From the NCBI GenBank assembly GCA_024687165.1, contig JAILEY010000076.1, positions 82 through 64,081 of the forward strand: 64,000 nucleotides of DNA, given 5' to 3'. This document shows positions 48,750-58,842 of this stretch, piece by piece. The notes under the pieces were generated by a model, which did no database searches, was not told the DNA's origin, and was given only the letters and a program-made list of their open reading frames with translations. Origin of the DNA: Treponema sp. Lineage in GTDB: Bacteria; Spirochaetota; Spirochaetia; Treponematales; Treponemataceae. Within the stretch, counting starts at the first letter, position 1. Each line of letters begins with the position of its first letter. Made by a program: the position numbers and the translations under genes.

Positions 48750-50678
48750 TTAATTTTCGTCATCTAATTCTGAAAAGTTTAGAGAAGAAATTGTAAAATT
48801 ATCTCTTGCTTCCTCTTTTATCTTCTTGCCTTCTTCAGTTTCTTGTTTTGGAAAATATTCCGCTGTATATTCTTCAATTGACTGAACAAGAACTTCATCC
48901 GCAGTTTTTTCCTTCTTCAATGAAATTGCGGCTGAAAGAAGTCCACCCTTGCGTTTTGGTGCAGTTTCTGATTCTGGAGATGCATTTTCAATTTCTTTTA
49001 CTTCTTCAGTTTCTGCAGGAACAGCTGATTCTACGGGTTCTGCAGCAGCAACTTCTTCAAGTTCTTCAACAGACTCTACAGATTCAGCATCCTGTATTTC
49101 GTCAAGCTCTTCTACATCTTCAACAGATTCCGCTTCTTCTACAGATTCAGCTTCCTCAACAGGCTCAACTTCTTCAACATCTTCGAGTTCCTCAACATCT
49201 TCAACAGGCTGAACTTCTTCTACCTCTTCAAGCTCCTGTAATTCTTCAAGTTCTTCAACTTCCTCTACAGGCTCTGCATTCTCTGCTTCTTCAAGTTCCT
49301 GAACTTCCTCAAGTTCTTCAACATCAACAAGTTCTTCTATATCTTCAGCTTCTTCAACATCCTCAACCTGAACCGGCACAACAGGAGCAACCACAGGCTG
49401 ATTTTTTACAGGAGCCGTCTGAACCTGAACAGGAGTGAGTTCTTCCTTCGGGTCAAGAGTATTTTCATTTCTCATGCGGCGAAGTGCTGCAACATTTCCC
49501 CCCATTGCAGACATAATGTCAGTCCAGCTGGCTTCAAGCATTTCATCAACTTCCTTGCTGTACTTTCTGCCTTTTCTGCCGAGACTGCGCTTTATTTCAC
49601 TATTAACATCAACTTTTCTCAAAGAAATTTCTCGGGAAAGAGCCTTCCAGTTCGAACTGTCTTTTCTGTCAATATATTCCTTCAAAAGTTCATACTGGAA
49701 TTTTTTAATCCTTCGTCTGATCAAAACCATTTCATCATGGCGCATATTGAAAACAAGGAAAACAACCAGGAATAAAGTTATGTAAAAACAAATCAGAATT
49801 GCAAATTTTTCAAAATCAGAAAATTCAAATTCGTCCTGACTGCAGATCCATCCGATTCTTATTCCGGAACGTTCATTTGCAACCACAAAAAGATTTTCTT
49901 CTTTTCTTGAAGATTCCGTAATTTTTTCAATATTTACAAATGATTTCTTCCAGCACTCCTGAATTTTTGAAACAAGACTTGAACGGATTGCATAAGGAAT
50001 TTCAAAAACAAATCCACGCGGACTAATTACAGTTCCTCTTGAATTCAGTGCAACAATATCGCGGGTAACAAGATAACGAGTAAAATCATCGCCGGAAACA
50101 TAAAACAACATCGTTCCACGGTATGCGGTATATAAATCATAAAAAGGATAACTGAATACAAGAAGATTTTTGGAGCTGTCAAAATAAATCTTTGTGTTGC
50201 TTTCACCCTCTTTAGATTCTACAAGAGAAAAAGGGATTCTGTTTCCGTCAAGATAATTTGTGTACGAAACAAGATCTTTTGTTTCTTCAAGAATATCTTC
50301 TTTGAAAGTACTGAAGTGAATGTGAATGCCGTCATTTTCTACAAGACGGACTCCCTCAAGCCCCGGCTCACTCTGAAAAAGACTGCCTTCAAGATTTGCA
50401 CGATTTTTTAAATCTTCCTGAGAAGGCTCACGTTCAATGTATGAAGTACTGCATTTTTCCTTCATAAAACTGCGGAAACGAACATCAAGTCCGTTTGAAT
50501 ATTCACTGTATGCAGACTGAATTTTTTCAAGTCGTGAATTTATATTTCCGATTACTCTCGGCTCATAAAACTGAACCTCAAGATATTTAAATCCACCTGC
50601 AAAAGAAAAAAACATGCAGCCAATAAAAATGAGAATCGATATCAATAAACTTAATGCTACTTTTGGCGCCGTAGACAC
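48750..50678 (-). CDS. Two-TM protein with periplasmic domain and acidic repetitive cytoplasmic tail
   Basis: GTG start with SD; TM1 at N-terminus, TM2 about residue 300; E/D/V-rich tail. Confidence 0.8.
   Translation of the reverse strand: MSTAPKVALSLLISILIFIGCMFFSFAGGFKYLEVQFYEPRVIGNINSRLEKIQSAYSEYSNGLDVRFRSFMKEKCSTSYIEREPSQEDLKNRANLEGSLFQSEPGLEGVRLVENDGIHIHFSTFKEDILEETKDLVSYTNYLDGNRIPFSLVESKEGESNTKIYFDSSKNLLVFSYPFYDLYTAYRGTMLFYVSGDDFTRYLVTRDIVALNSRGTVISPRGFVFEIPYAIRSSLVSKIQECWKKSFVNIEKITESSRKEENLFVVANERSGIRIGWICSQDEFEFSDFEKFAILICFYITLFLVVFLVFNMRHDEMVLIRRRIKKFQYELLKEYIDRKDSSNWKALSREISLRKVDVNSEIKRSLGRKGRKYSKEVDEMLEASWTDIMSAMGGNVAALRRMRNENTLDPKEELTPVQVQTAPVKNQPVVAPVVPVQVEDVEEAEDIEELVDVEELEEVQELEEAENAEPVEEVEELEELQELEEVEEVQPVEDVEELEDVEEVEPVEEAESVEEAESVEDVEELDEIQDAESVESVEELEEVAAAEPVESAVPAETEEVKEIENASPESETAPKRKGGLLSAAISLKKEKTADEVLVQSIEEYTAEYFPKQETEEGKKIKEEARDNFTISSLNFSELDDEN
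49029..49367 (-). repeat. Intragenic degenerate tandem repeats (EELEEV / EEAESV / EPVEEV units)
   Basis: About 110 aa of Glu/Val/Asp repeats; near-identical adjacent 18-bp units around 49128-49163. Confidence 0.85.
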
Positions 50679-50736
50679 TTAATAAAACCTCACCCCGATT
50701 ATCGACATAATACGGTCGACACATTATACTAAAAAC

Positions 50737-51996
50737 ATGGTTGAAGTAAAACTAGAAGAAGAAAAAAAAGTACGCTGTTTTTTAGTAGGCGCTCCAAATA
50801 AATTAAATCAGGAACCAGTTGAACTTAAAGGACTTGTAAAAACATTGGGAATGGAAGTCGCAGGAATTCTTACTCTCACACGAATTGAACCGACACCAGC
50901 TTACGGAATGGGAACAGGAAAAGCTCAGGAAATTGTTGACCGTGCAAAAGAATGTTACGCAGAATGTATAATTTTTGACTGGACAATTGATCCTTCTAAA
51001 CAGCGCAACTGGGAAAAACTTGCACTCATGCCATGCTTCGACCGAAATGAAGTAATCATCAGAATTTTTGCTCAGCGTGCACAGACAAAAGAAGCAATTC
51101 TACAGGTTGAACTTGCAAAGCTTACATATTCACTTCCAAGATTAAGCCACATGTACGGCGATATGGCTCGTCAAAGAGGCGGTGCATTTGGAAACAAAGG
51201 AAGCGGAGAAACTCAGAAAGAGCTTGACCGTCGTCAGGTTGAAGAAAAAATTCTTCAGATAAAAAAGGAGCTTGAACAGGTTGCAGTAAACAGAGAAACT
51301 CAGAGAAAGCAGCGGGAACGTACTGCAATTTCAAGTTGTGCACTTGTAGGTTACACAAACGCCGGAAAATCGAGTCTGCTTAATGCATTGACAGGTGCTG
51401 ATGTATTTGTAAAAAATGAACTTTTTGCAACACTTGATCCGACAACAAGAAAATTAAATCTCGCGGAAGCAAGCCAGATTCTGATTACGGATACTGTTGG
51501 ATTTATTTCAAATCTTCCGCACACACTCATCGATGCATTTAAATCTACTCTTGAAGAAACTGCTCTTTCAGATTTTCTTCTGATTGTTGTAGACGCAAAC
51601 GATGATTACTGCGAGTTCCAGTACAATCAGGTTTTAAAAGTTCTTGAAGAAATCGGTGCAAATAAAATTCCGCACAAGGTACTTTTGAACAAATATGATC
51701 TTGTTAAAAATAATCTGATTGCAGTTTCAAAGCTGAATAAAGCATTTCCAGACGCACTTCACGTAAGCGCAAAAACTCAGGAAGGTTTTGAAGATATTCT
51801 TTCATGCCTAACAGAAAATCTTCTTGGAAAACTTAACAATTATTCTTTCCCGCTTGAACAAAGCAATCTTGTTGAACTAATCCGCAAAAACGGAACGATT
51901 GAAAGTGAAGAATGGAAAGAAACAACCGTTGAATTAACAGCAAGAATTAAAACAGACACTCGAACTTACAACATGACAAAGGATTTTATATGCTGA
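50737..51996 (+). CDS. hflX: Ribosome-splitting GTPase
   Basis: IF..RA.T.EA..QVELA, G.GET..E.DRR, GYTNAGKSS, FATLDPT, DTVGF, NKYD. Confidence 0.95.
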   Translation: MVEVKLEEEKKVRCFLVGAPNKLNQEPVELKGLVKTLGMEVAGILTLTRIEPTPAYGMGTGKAQEIVDRAKECYAECIIFDWTIDPSKQRNWEKLALMPCFDRNEVIIRIFAQRAQTKEAILQVELAKLTYSLPRLSHMYGDMARQRGGAFGNKGSGETQKELDRRQVEEKILQIKKELEQVAVNRETQRKQRERTAISSCALVGYTNAGKSSLLNALTGADVFVKNELFATLDPTTRKLNLAEASQILITDTVGFISNLPHTLIDAFKSTLEETALSDFLLIVVDANDDYCEFQYNQVLKVLEEIGANKIPHKVLLNKYDLVKNNLIAVSKLNKAFPDALHVSAKTQEGFEDILSCLTENLLGKLNNYSFPLEQSNLVELIRKNGTIESEEWKETTVELTARIKTDTRTYNMTKDFIC

Positions 51997-52427
51997 ACAA
52001 AATTCTTGCCGCAACAGCCGGAATCATCGCTTCAATTATTTTAATCGTAACGATTACAACTTTTGCTGTACGAGGCTGTGATTCTTCTTCGTCAGGAAAA
52101 AAATCTTCACAAAGAAAAACTCCTTCAATGTTTGAACTTGGACAAATCAGAATCAGTTTAAAAGCAGATGAAGGAACTTCTGTCGCTGTAATAGATCCAT
52201 GCATGTCTTTCAGTAAAAATGACGAATCGCTGTATGAAGAAATTTTACAAAAGCAGCTTAAGATAAAAGAAGAAATTTCAAAACAGATATCGCAGTATTC
52301 GCGGGAAGAATTAAAATCAAAAGGTGAACTGCTGATTAAAGACGAACTTGTTAAATGCATAAACAGACAACTTGTAATGGGAAAAATTGATTCCATTTAT
52401 TTCAAAAAATTTATCTACATCGACTGA
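51990..52427 (+). CDS. FliL-like single-TM protein
   Basis: N-terminal TM; ...ELK...L.K.IN..L..GKI..IYF..F end typical of FliL. Confidence 0.65.
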   Translation: MLNKILAATAGIIASIILIVTITTFAVRGCDSSSSGKKSSQRKTPSMFELGQIRISLKADEGTSVAVIDPCMSFSKNDESLYEEILQKQLKIKEEISKQISQYSREELKSKGELLIKDELVKCINRQLVMGKIDSIYFKKFIYID

Positions 52428-52458
52428 CTTTTTTTCTTTTTTTTAATATCATAGCTTC

Positions 52459-53772
52459 ATGAAAGTTATTGTTGTTGGAAATGGTGGACGTGAACATGCA
52501 ATTGCCTGGAAACTGGCACAGAGCAGTTCAGTTGAAGAAGTAATCTGTACTCCAGGTAACGGTGGTACAGCTTTTGAAAAAAAATGCCGCAATGTCGAAG
52601 GCAAAACACACGAAGATTTCATTAAAATCGCAAAAGACAACGGATGCACACTCTGCGTTGTTGGACCAGAAGATCCACTTGCAGCAGGACTTGCAGATAA
52701 ACTTTGGGAAGCAGGGATTCCTACTGTAGGTACAAAATCAGCTCCTGCTCAGCTTGAAGCAAGTAAAGACATGGCAAAAGACTTCATGAAGAAGTACGGA
52801 GTTGCCTGTGCAGATTCAAAAACATTCACAGACAAAAAAGAAGCTCTTGAATATGTAAAAAAACACGGAGCTCCAATCGTTCTTAAAGCAGACGGTCTTG
52901 CAGCAGGTAAAGGTGTTGTTGTTGCCCTCAACATGGAAGATGCACTTAAAGCTGTTGAAGATCTTATGGAAGGTGCACTTGTCGGGGATGCAGGACGCAA
53001 GCTCGTAATCGAAGAATACATGCGCGGTGTTGAAATCTCAATTCTTGCAGCAGTCAGCGTAACACCAGAACTTTCAAAAGAAAACAAATCTGTAATCATT
53101 CCGTTCATGAGTGCCCGCGATCACAAAAGACTTCTTGATGGAGCAAAAGGACCAAATACAGGCGGAATGGGAGCTATCTGTCCGGTTGATGATGTTACTG
53201 AAGAAGTTCTTGCAAAATTCAATTCAAACATTCTTGAACCAACTCTCAAAGGAATTCAAGCAGAAGGCTGGGATTACAGAGGATTTATTTTCTTCGGTCT
53301 TATGATTACAAAGGACGGTCCAAAAGTTATTGAATACAACGTTCGTCTTGGAGATCCTGAAACACAGGCAGTTCTTCCTTTGATGGATTTTGATTTTGCT
53401 CAATTGTGTAAAGCAATTACAGAAGGTAAACTCAAGGAATTTAAAACTGCATGGAAAAAAGGATATGTAGTAGCCCCTGTTGCAGTCAGCGGAGGATATC
53501 CAAAGTCATACAAAAAAGGTATGGCAATCAAAATTGACACACAGAAAATTGCAGAAACAGGAGCTAAAGTTTTCTTTGCAGGAGCTTCCGAAGACAGAAG
53601 AACTGAAGGCGGAATTTTCACAAGCGGTGGAAGAGTTCTTGCATGTTCTGCACAGGCTGACACTTTTGATGAGGCATGGAAGAAAGCATACGAAGCAATT
53701 GAACATGTAAGCTTTGACGGAATGTTCTACAGAAAAGACATCGGACTTCCTGGAGCAGCAGAATCAAACTAA
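52459..53772 (+). CDS. purD: Phosphoribosylamine-glycine ligase
   Basis: GNGGREHA, PGNGG, VGPE.PL, KADGLAAGKGV, D..GPNTGGMG, EYN.R.GDPE, GGRVL. Confidence 0.97.
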   Translation: MKVIVVGNGGREHAIAWKLAQSSSVEEVICTPGNGGTAFEKKCRNVEGKTHEDFIKIAKDNGCTLCVVGPEDPLAAGLADKLWEAGIPTVGTKSAPAQLEASKDMAKDFMKKYGVACADSKTFTDKKEALEYVKKHGAPIVLKADGLAAGKGVVVALNMEDALKAVEDLMEGALVGDAGRKLVIEEYMRGVEISILAAVSVTPELSKENKSVIIPFMSARDHKRLLDGAKGPNTGGMGAICPVDDVTEEVLAKFNSNILEPTLKGIQAEGWDYRGFIFFGLMITKDGPKVIEYNVRLGDPETQAVLPLMDFDFAQLCKAITEGKLKEFKTAWKKGYVVAPVAVSGGYPKSYKKGMAIKIDTQKIAETGAKVFFAGASEDRRTEGGIFTSGGRVLACSAQADTFDEAWKKAYEAIEHVSFDGMFYRKDIGLPGAAESN

Positions 53773-53792
53773 ACTTTTAATTTTCTGATATA

Positions 53793-53832
53793 AACCGTCT
53801 GTCTGGTTTTCAGGCTGACGGTTCTTTTTTTC
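53793..53832 (+). terminator. Intrinsic terminator after purD
   Basis: AACCGTC...GACGGTT stem followed by a T-run. Confidence 0.7.
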
Positions 53833-53846
53833 TTACAGGGCATAAC

Positions 53847-54437
53847 ATGAATCTTGTTTTTATCTTTAACAGCATAGCACTAGGGGTCGGACTTGCGATG
53901 GATACTTTTTCTGTTTCCATTGTAAATGCACTCAACGAACCGAAGATGAAGCGCTCAAAAATAATCTTCTGCAGTTTTATCTATTCATTCTTTCAATTTC
54001 TGATGCCAATGACCGGCTGGATCTGCGTTCATACAGTCATCGAATATTTCAAATCGTTTCAGAAAGTAATTCCGTGGATTGCACTTATGCTTCTTCTTTA
54101 CATCGGCGGCAAAATGATCTGGGAAGCTTTTCATCCGGAAAGAGATGATGAAGGAAACATCACAGGACGAACCTTAACTTTTGGAATTCTAATAATGCAG
54201 GGAATTGCAACTTCTATTGATGCACTTTCAGTAGGCTTTACAATTGCTGAATATAATCTAATTAAAGCTCTTATCTGCGGATTATTGATTGCTGTCACAA
54301 CATTCATAATCAGTTTTTCTGGAGCAATTATCGGGAAACAGGCAGGAGCTCATCTTTCACACAAATCGGGAATTCTCGGCGGAATAATTCTGATTGGGAT
54401 CGGAATAGAAATTTTTGTCAGCAGCATGTTCTTTTAA
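53847..54437 (+). CDS. mntP: Manganese efflux pump MntP-family
   Basis: GLAMDTFSVS and ATSIDALSVG duplicated DUF204 motifs. Confidence 0.85.
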   Translation: MNLVFIFNSIALGVGLAMDTFSVSIVNALNEPKMKRSKIIFCSFIYSFFQFLMPMTGWICVHTVIEYFKSFQKVIPWIALMLLLYIGGKMIWEAFHPERDDEGNITGRTLTFGILIMQGIATSIDALSVGFTIAEYNLIKALICGLLIAVTTFIISFSGAIIGKQAGAHLSHKSGILGGIILIGIGIEIFVSSMFF

Positions 54438-54478
54438 AAAACAAAAGCCGCTCAAAATCGAACGGCTTCTGTAATCAA

Positions 54479-55327
54479 TTAAAAATAAAAGATTCCAAAT
54501 AATCCCAGAGGAATCAGATAAAGTGCAAACCAGTGGAGTCTGCCCTTTTTAATCATCGTCATTAAAAACTTAAGAGAAAGGTATCCGCTTACAAAAGCAG
54601 TTGCAAATCCAACGATAAGCGGAATAATTCCAACAGAACCGGTAACTTTTCCTAGATCCTTAAACTCAAGAATAAAAGCTCCAAGAATTGCAGGAATTGA
54701 AACTATAAAAGAAAACTCACCGGCTGTTTTTCTATTTACACCACAGAACAAAGAAGCAGAAATTGTTGAACCGCTTCTTGAAATTCCAGGCAACGTTCCT
54801 ATCCCCTGTGCAAAACCTATAATCAAAGACTGAATAAGCCCCGGAGCTTTTTCTACAGCTTCACTTTCTGTTACAGCTTCATCCTTTTTCTTATGATACT
54901 TTTCATACAGGCTTGAAAGAACAAGAAAATCCGCAGTAATAATAAAACCTGAATAAACAAGTTTTAAATTTGCGTTAGAAATAATTTTTGATGTAAAAAT
55001 TCCAATCGCACCGGTTACTACCGTCGCTGCAATTATTGCAACAATGTAGCGTCTTCCTTCTTTCTGAACGGATACTTCTTCTTCACTTAAATTTTTCTTA
55101 GGGAAAATCACTCTTGCAAAAATACACAAGAGACTGAAAATTTTCTTTCTGAAAAAAATACAAACTGCAAGCAATGTTGCAAGATGAAGAATCACATCGA
55201 ATAAAAGCGGAACCTCTTCAAGACCAAAAAGTTTACGGGCAACTGCCAGATGTCCTGAAGAAGACACTGGCAGAAACTCAGCAACTCCCTGAAGAATTCC
55301 AAGAAAAATACTTTGAAGTATTGTCAT
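54479..55327 (-). CDS. uppP: Undecaprenyl-diphosphate phosphatase
   Basis: QGVAEFLPVSSSGH, HLAT, PGISRSG.T, EFSF...P. Confidence 0.95.
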   Translation of the reverse strand: MTILQSIFLGILQGVAEFLPVSSSGHLAVARKLFGLEEVPLLFDVILHLATLLAVCIFFRKKIFSLLCIFARVIFPKKNLSEEEVSVQKEGRRYIVAIIAATVVTGAIGIFTSKIISNANLKLVYSGFIITADFLVLSSLYEKYHKKKDEAVTESEAVEKAPGLIQSLIIGFAQGIGTLPGISRSGSTISASLFCGVNRKTAGEFSFIVSIPAILGAFILEFKDLGKVTGSVGIIPLIVGFATAFVSGYLSLKFLMTMIKKGRLHWFALYLIPLGLFGIFYF

Positions 55328-55330
55328 ATT

Positions 55331-55933
55331 TTACTTTGCTCTTTTTGCTTCAATATACTTGTAGATTAAATCTGCAGTTCCATCTATGCCGAGTTTAGAA
55401 GCATTGATACAAAGCTCGTATGAAGAATAAACACCCCACTTGCCATGCTTTGCAAAATAGTCGTGATAAGCAGCACGCTTCTTGTCGTGAGTTGTAATTT
55501 TTTTCATTGCTTGCTTACGGTCTATTCCTTCATGCTTTTCAATTACGCGCTGAATTTTTGATTCCATATCTGCATAAATAAAAATGTTGATGCAATTCGG
55601 ATAATCATGAAACAAATCATCTGCGCAGCGTCCAACAACGATAAATGAGTCACCATCTGCAGCCTTTGACTTCAAAAGAGCAAACTGAAGTTCAGCAATA
55701 TTTTCTTCAGGAGAATTTGTCATTCCTCTTACTCTTCTGCTGAAAAAACGGCTTCTTGGTTTTTCGTCATATCTGCTCAAATTATTTGTATCAACTTTTT
55801 TAATTCCTGCAATTTCTTCAAGGATATTTCGGCCAAGCACTTCAATTCCAAGCTTTTCTGCAACCTTAGAAGCAATAACATGACCTGCACTTCCATATTC
55901 GCGGCTAATACTGATAATAATCTGTTCGTCCAT
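55331..55933 (-). CDS. Cytidylate kinase-like family protein
   Basis: IISISREYGSAG, IVVGRCAD, D..R..Y, YELCIN.S.LG. Confidence 0.87.
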   Translation of the reverse strand: MDEQIIISISREYGSAGHVIASKVAEKLGIEVLGRNILEEIAGIKKVDTNNLSRYDEKPRSRFFSRRVRGMTNSPEENIAELQFALLKSKAADGDSFIVVGRCADDLFHDYPNCINIFIYADMESKIQRVIEKHEGIDRKQAMKKITTHDKKRAAYHDYFAKHGKWGVYSSYELCINASKLGIDGTADLIYKYIEAKRAK

Positions 55934-55957
55934 AAAATCTACCCCGCCTAACCATCA

Positions 55958-57307
55958 TTACAAATATCTGATAAAGATAAATACTGTACTGATAACCATA
56001 ACGATTATTGTAGCAGGAACAGCTTTTGCACAATAAGTTCCCCAGCTTACAGGGTAACCAGCTTTGGCAGCAACAGATGTTCCTACAACATTTGCACTTG
56101 CACCAATTGGAGTTGCACTTCCACCGATATCAGTACCCATTGAAAGAGCCCATGTCATTGTTCTTAAATCAACACCGCTTGAACCTGCAAGAGACTGAAT
56201 GACAGGAATCATAGTTGCAGCAAACGGAATGTTATCAACAAATGCACTGGCAATTGCACTTACCCAAATGATGATTGCTATCATCAAGTATACGTTACCT
56301 TTTGAAATTTTGCCAATAAATCCTGCAACGATTTCAAGAACACCAGTTTCTTCAAGCCCGCCTACAACAACAAAAAGCCCAATAAAGAAAAGCACTGTCT
56401 TGTAATCAACTTTCTTCATTATTTCACCAACATGACGTGGAGCTGTAAGAAGTGTAATTACAGAAATAAATGCACCGATTGAAGCAACCGAAAGTCCTGT
56501 CTGAGCATGAGTAACAAGAAGAACAACTGCAATTCCAAAAATGATTGAGCTGATTATAAATCCGCCTTTATCCGTGATAGCACTTTCCGGTGTAGGGAAT
56601 GTAGATGTATCAACAGTTTCATCAGCCTTCAAATCTTTTCTGTATGCAAGGAAAAAGAACAAAAGTGTAAACAACAGCGAGATTCCGGCAATTACACCAG
56701 TATTCATAACGAAATCTGTAAATGAATAATGGAATGACGTACCGATTATGATGTTTGGAGGATCACCGCACATTGTTGCGGAACCACCAAGATTTGCACA
56801 GAAAATTTCAGAAAGAATCATCGGAAGAGGATTGAACTTAAGAAGCTGACTCAACTCAACTGTAACAGCTGCAAGGAACAGAATAACTGTAATTGAATCG
56901 ATGAACATTGCGAGAACAGCAGACATAATCATGAAAGTTACAAAGATAGGAAGTACCTTGTATTTAACTGCCTTTGCAAGCTTCATGCACAGCCATCGGA
57001 AGAATCCGACACGAGCCATTCCTTCTACCATAATCATCATGCCGGCAATAAAGATAATTGTTGCCCAGTTGATTCCGGAACTGCTTTCTTCTGCAGCGCC
57101 ATTTGCATACCAGAAGCTGGCTGTAAAAATACTTTTAACATTGAGCGTTTTCATGCATGCTTCTGCGCTATGCATACCCAATCCAAAAACCAATGCAAGA
57201 GTCAAAGCTCCGCAGACCAGAGTTGTCCACTGTCTTTCAAAAAGTTCAAGGATGATTAAAAGAAACATCACTACGAAAATTGAGACAGCTAAAATTTGTG
57301 CTAACAT
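55958..57307 (-). CDS. ArsB/NhaD (SLC13-like) ion transporter
   Basis: INW.TI.FI.GMM, NLGGSATMCGDPPNIIIG, SAFVDNIP, T.IGASANV. TTGAAA-17-TATAAT promoter 7 nt before ATG. Confidence 0.88.
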   Translation of the reverse strand: MLAQILAVSIFVVMFLLIILELFERQWTTLVCGALTLALVFGLGMHSAEACMKTLNVKSIFTASFWYANGAAEESSSGINWATIIFIAGMMIMVEGMARVGFFRWLCMKLAKAVKYKVLPIFVTFMIMSAVLAMFIDSITVILFLAAVTVELSQLLKFNPLPMILSEIFCANLGGSATMCGDPPNIIIGTSFHYSFTDFVMNTGVIAGISLLFTLLFFFLAYRKDLKADETVDTSTFPTPESAITDKGGFIISSIIFGIAVVLLVTHAQTGLSVASIGAFISVITLLTAPRHVGEIMKKVDYKTVLFFIGLFVVVGGLEETGVLEIVAGFIGKISKGNVYLMIAIIIWVSAIASAFVDNIPFAATMIPVIQSLAGSSGVDLRTMTWALSMGTDIGGSATPIGASANVVGTSVAAKAGYPVSWGTYCAKAVPATIIVMVISTVFIFIRYL

Positions 57308-57376
57308 GGAAACGATTATAATTTTTTATAGAAAAGGTTTCAATAAATGAAATACTATACACAAATCAAGATATAC

Positions 57377-57480
57377 TTTATTTTCCTACGCAGAATGCCG
57401 CAGCAAAGCTGCTCACCGAGTTTTCCAGCGAAAACTCGCACAACCCGCATATTTAAAAGTTTTATTTTCCTACACAGAAT
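57377..57480 (-). repeat. 20-bp direct repeat of the mnmE 3' end flanking a 64-bp double-hairpin insert (att-like scar)
   Basis: TTTATTTTCCTACGCAGAAT 57377-57396 vs TTTATTTTCCTACACAGAAT 57461-57480; hairpins GCAGC-AAA-GCTGC and CGAGTTTTC-CAGC-GAAAACTCG in between. Confidence 0.85.
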
Positions 57481-58841
57481 CTTGAAAAAATGTTTCCGAG
57501 GACGTCATCCGGCGTTACGTCGCCTGTTACTTCACCAAGACTGTCCAGTGCATCTTCAAGATCCTGAACAACTGCATCAAGGCCATACTCGCCGCTTTTT
57601 GAAATTTCAATTGCGTGAGAAATTCGCTCAAGTGCTTCTTCAACGGATTTTTTCTGTCTTGCTGACCCAAGCCCGCTTTGCTCACGAATTTTATTTTCTC
57701 CGCTGAAAAGCAATTCCTTAACACTATGAACAAGCTCTTCTATACCAATTCCTTTTTTTGCAGAAATTTTTACTGTCTTTACAGCAGATGAAATTTCTTC
57801 ATTAAATACAGAATTTTCATCACACTTATTAAGGACTGCAATCACAGGAACATTTTTCTGATTTTCAATAAATTTTCTGTCATCATCAGAAAGTTCTTTT
57901 GTAGAATCAACAAGATACAAAATCACGTCTGCTTCATTACTCAAGTCTTTTGTAAGTTCAACACCACGTGCTTCAATCACATCATCAGTTTGTCTTAATC
58001 CTGCTGTATCAAAAAGTCGTACAGGAAGCCCTTCAAAATCAGCATAACTTTCAAGCCAGTCTCTTGTAGTTCCTTCAATATTGCTTACAATTGCACGCTC
58101 TTCTTTTAAAAGAGTATTGAACAAGCTTGATTTTCCTGCATTTGTTTTTCCGCACAAAACGACTCGTGCTCCATCCTGATACAATTTTTCACTTTTCCAT
58201 GATGAAGCGAGTTCTTCAAGTTTTGTCTTTACAACTTCAAGTTCACTGCAGTCAAAATAATCCGCAATATTTTCTTCATCTTCAGGATATTCAATTTCAA
58301 CTTCTATTGAACCAAGAACATCAACAACAGATTTTTTTATTGAATCAATCTGATCAAATAAATTTCCACAGAGTCTGCCCGCTGCTCTTCCACGGCTCAC
58401 ATCAGTTTTACTGTCGATTATTTCTTTTACAGCTTCTGCTTTTGTTAAATCAGTTTTTCCGTTTATGTAAGCCCTGAAAGTATACTCACCACGCTCTGCT
58501 TTTCTGAATCCGTTTGCAAGAAATGCATTTAAAACAGCAGTAACAACAGCAACTCCACCATGACAAAAAACTTCCACCATATCTTCACCGGTAAAAGATT
58601 TTGGAGCACGGTACACGCCGACCATTACTTCATCGATTTTATTTTTTTGCGAATCAAGAATCCAGCCGTAAACAAGAGTATTTCCTGCTGCATCACAAAG
58701 AGCTTTAGGACGAGAAAAAATTTTAGAAGCAAGTTCAATCGAGTTTTTACCGCTTGCACGAACAATACCGATTGCACTTGGAACTAAAGCAGTTGCGATT
58801 GCAACAATTGGTTCTTCCGGTGTGTATTTTAAATTTGTCAT
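57462..58841 (-). CDS. mnmE: tRNA modification GTPase
   Basis: IVAIAT, FTGED.VE..CHGG, GEYT.RA.INGK.DL, GKTNAGKSS, GTTRD, DTAG, IFSRFCVGK end. ATG 58841 chosen. Confidence 0.97.
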   Translation of the reverse strand: MTNLKYTPEEPIVAIATALVPSAIGIVRASGKNSIELASKIFSRPKALCDAAGNTLVYGWILDSQKNKIDEVMVGVYRAPKSFTGEDMVEVFCHGGVAVVTAVLNAFLANGFRKAERGEYTFRAYINGKTDLTKAEAVKEIIDSKTDVSRGRAAGRLCGNLFDQIDSIKKSVVDVLGSIEVEIEYPEDEENIADYFDCSELEVVKTKLEELASSWKSEKLYQDGARVVLCGKTNAGKSSLFNTLLKEERAIVSNIEGTTRDWLESYADFEGLPVRLFDTAGLRQTDDVIEARGVELTKDLSNEADVILYLVDSTKELSDDDRKFIENQKNVPVIAVLNKCDENSVFNEEISSAVKTVKISAKKGIGIEELVHSVKELLFSGENKIREQSGLGSARQKKSVEEALERISHAIEISKSGEYGLDAVVQDLEDALDSLGEVTGDVTPDDVLGNIFSRFCVGK

Positions 58842-58842
58842 T

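Noticed and set aside
53773-53846. yybP-ykoY Mn riboswitch upstream of mntP
   Set aside because: Only 74 bp, taken up by the purD terminator; no riboswitch consensus visible.
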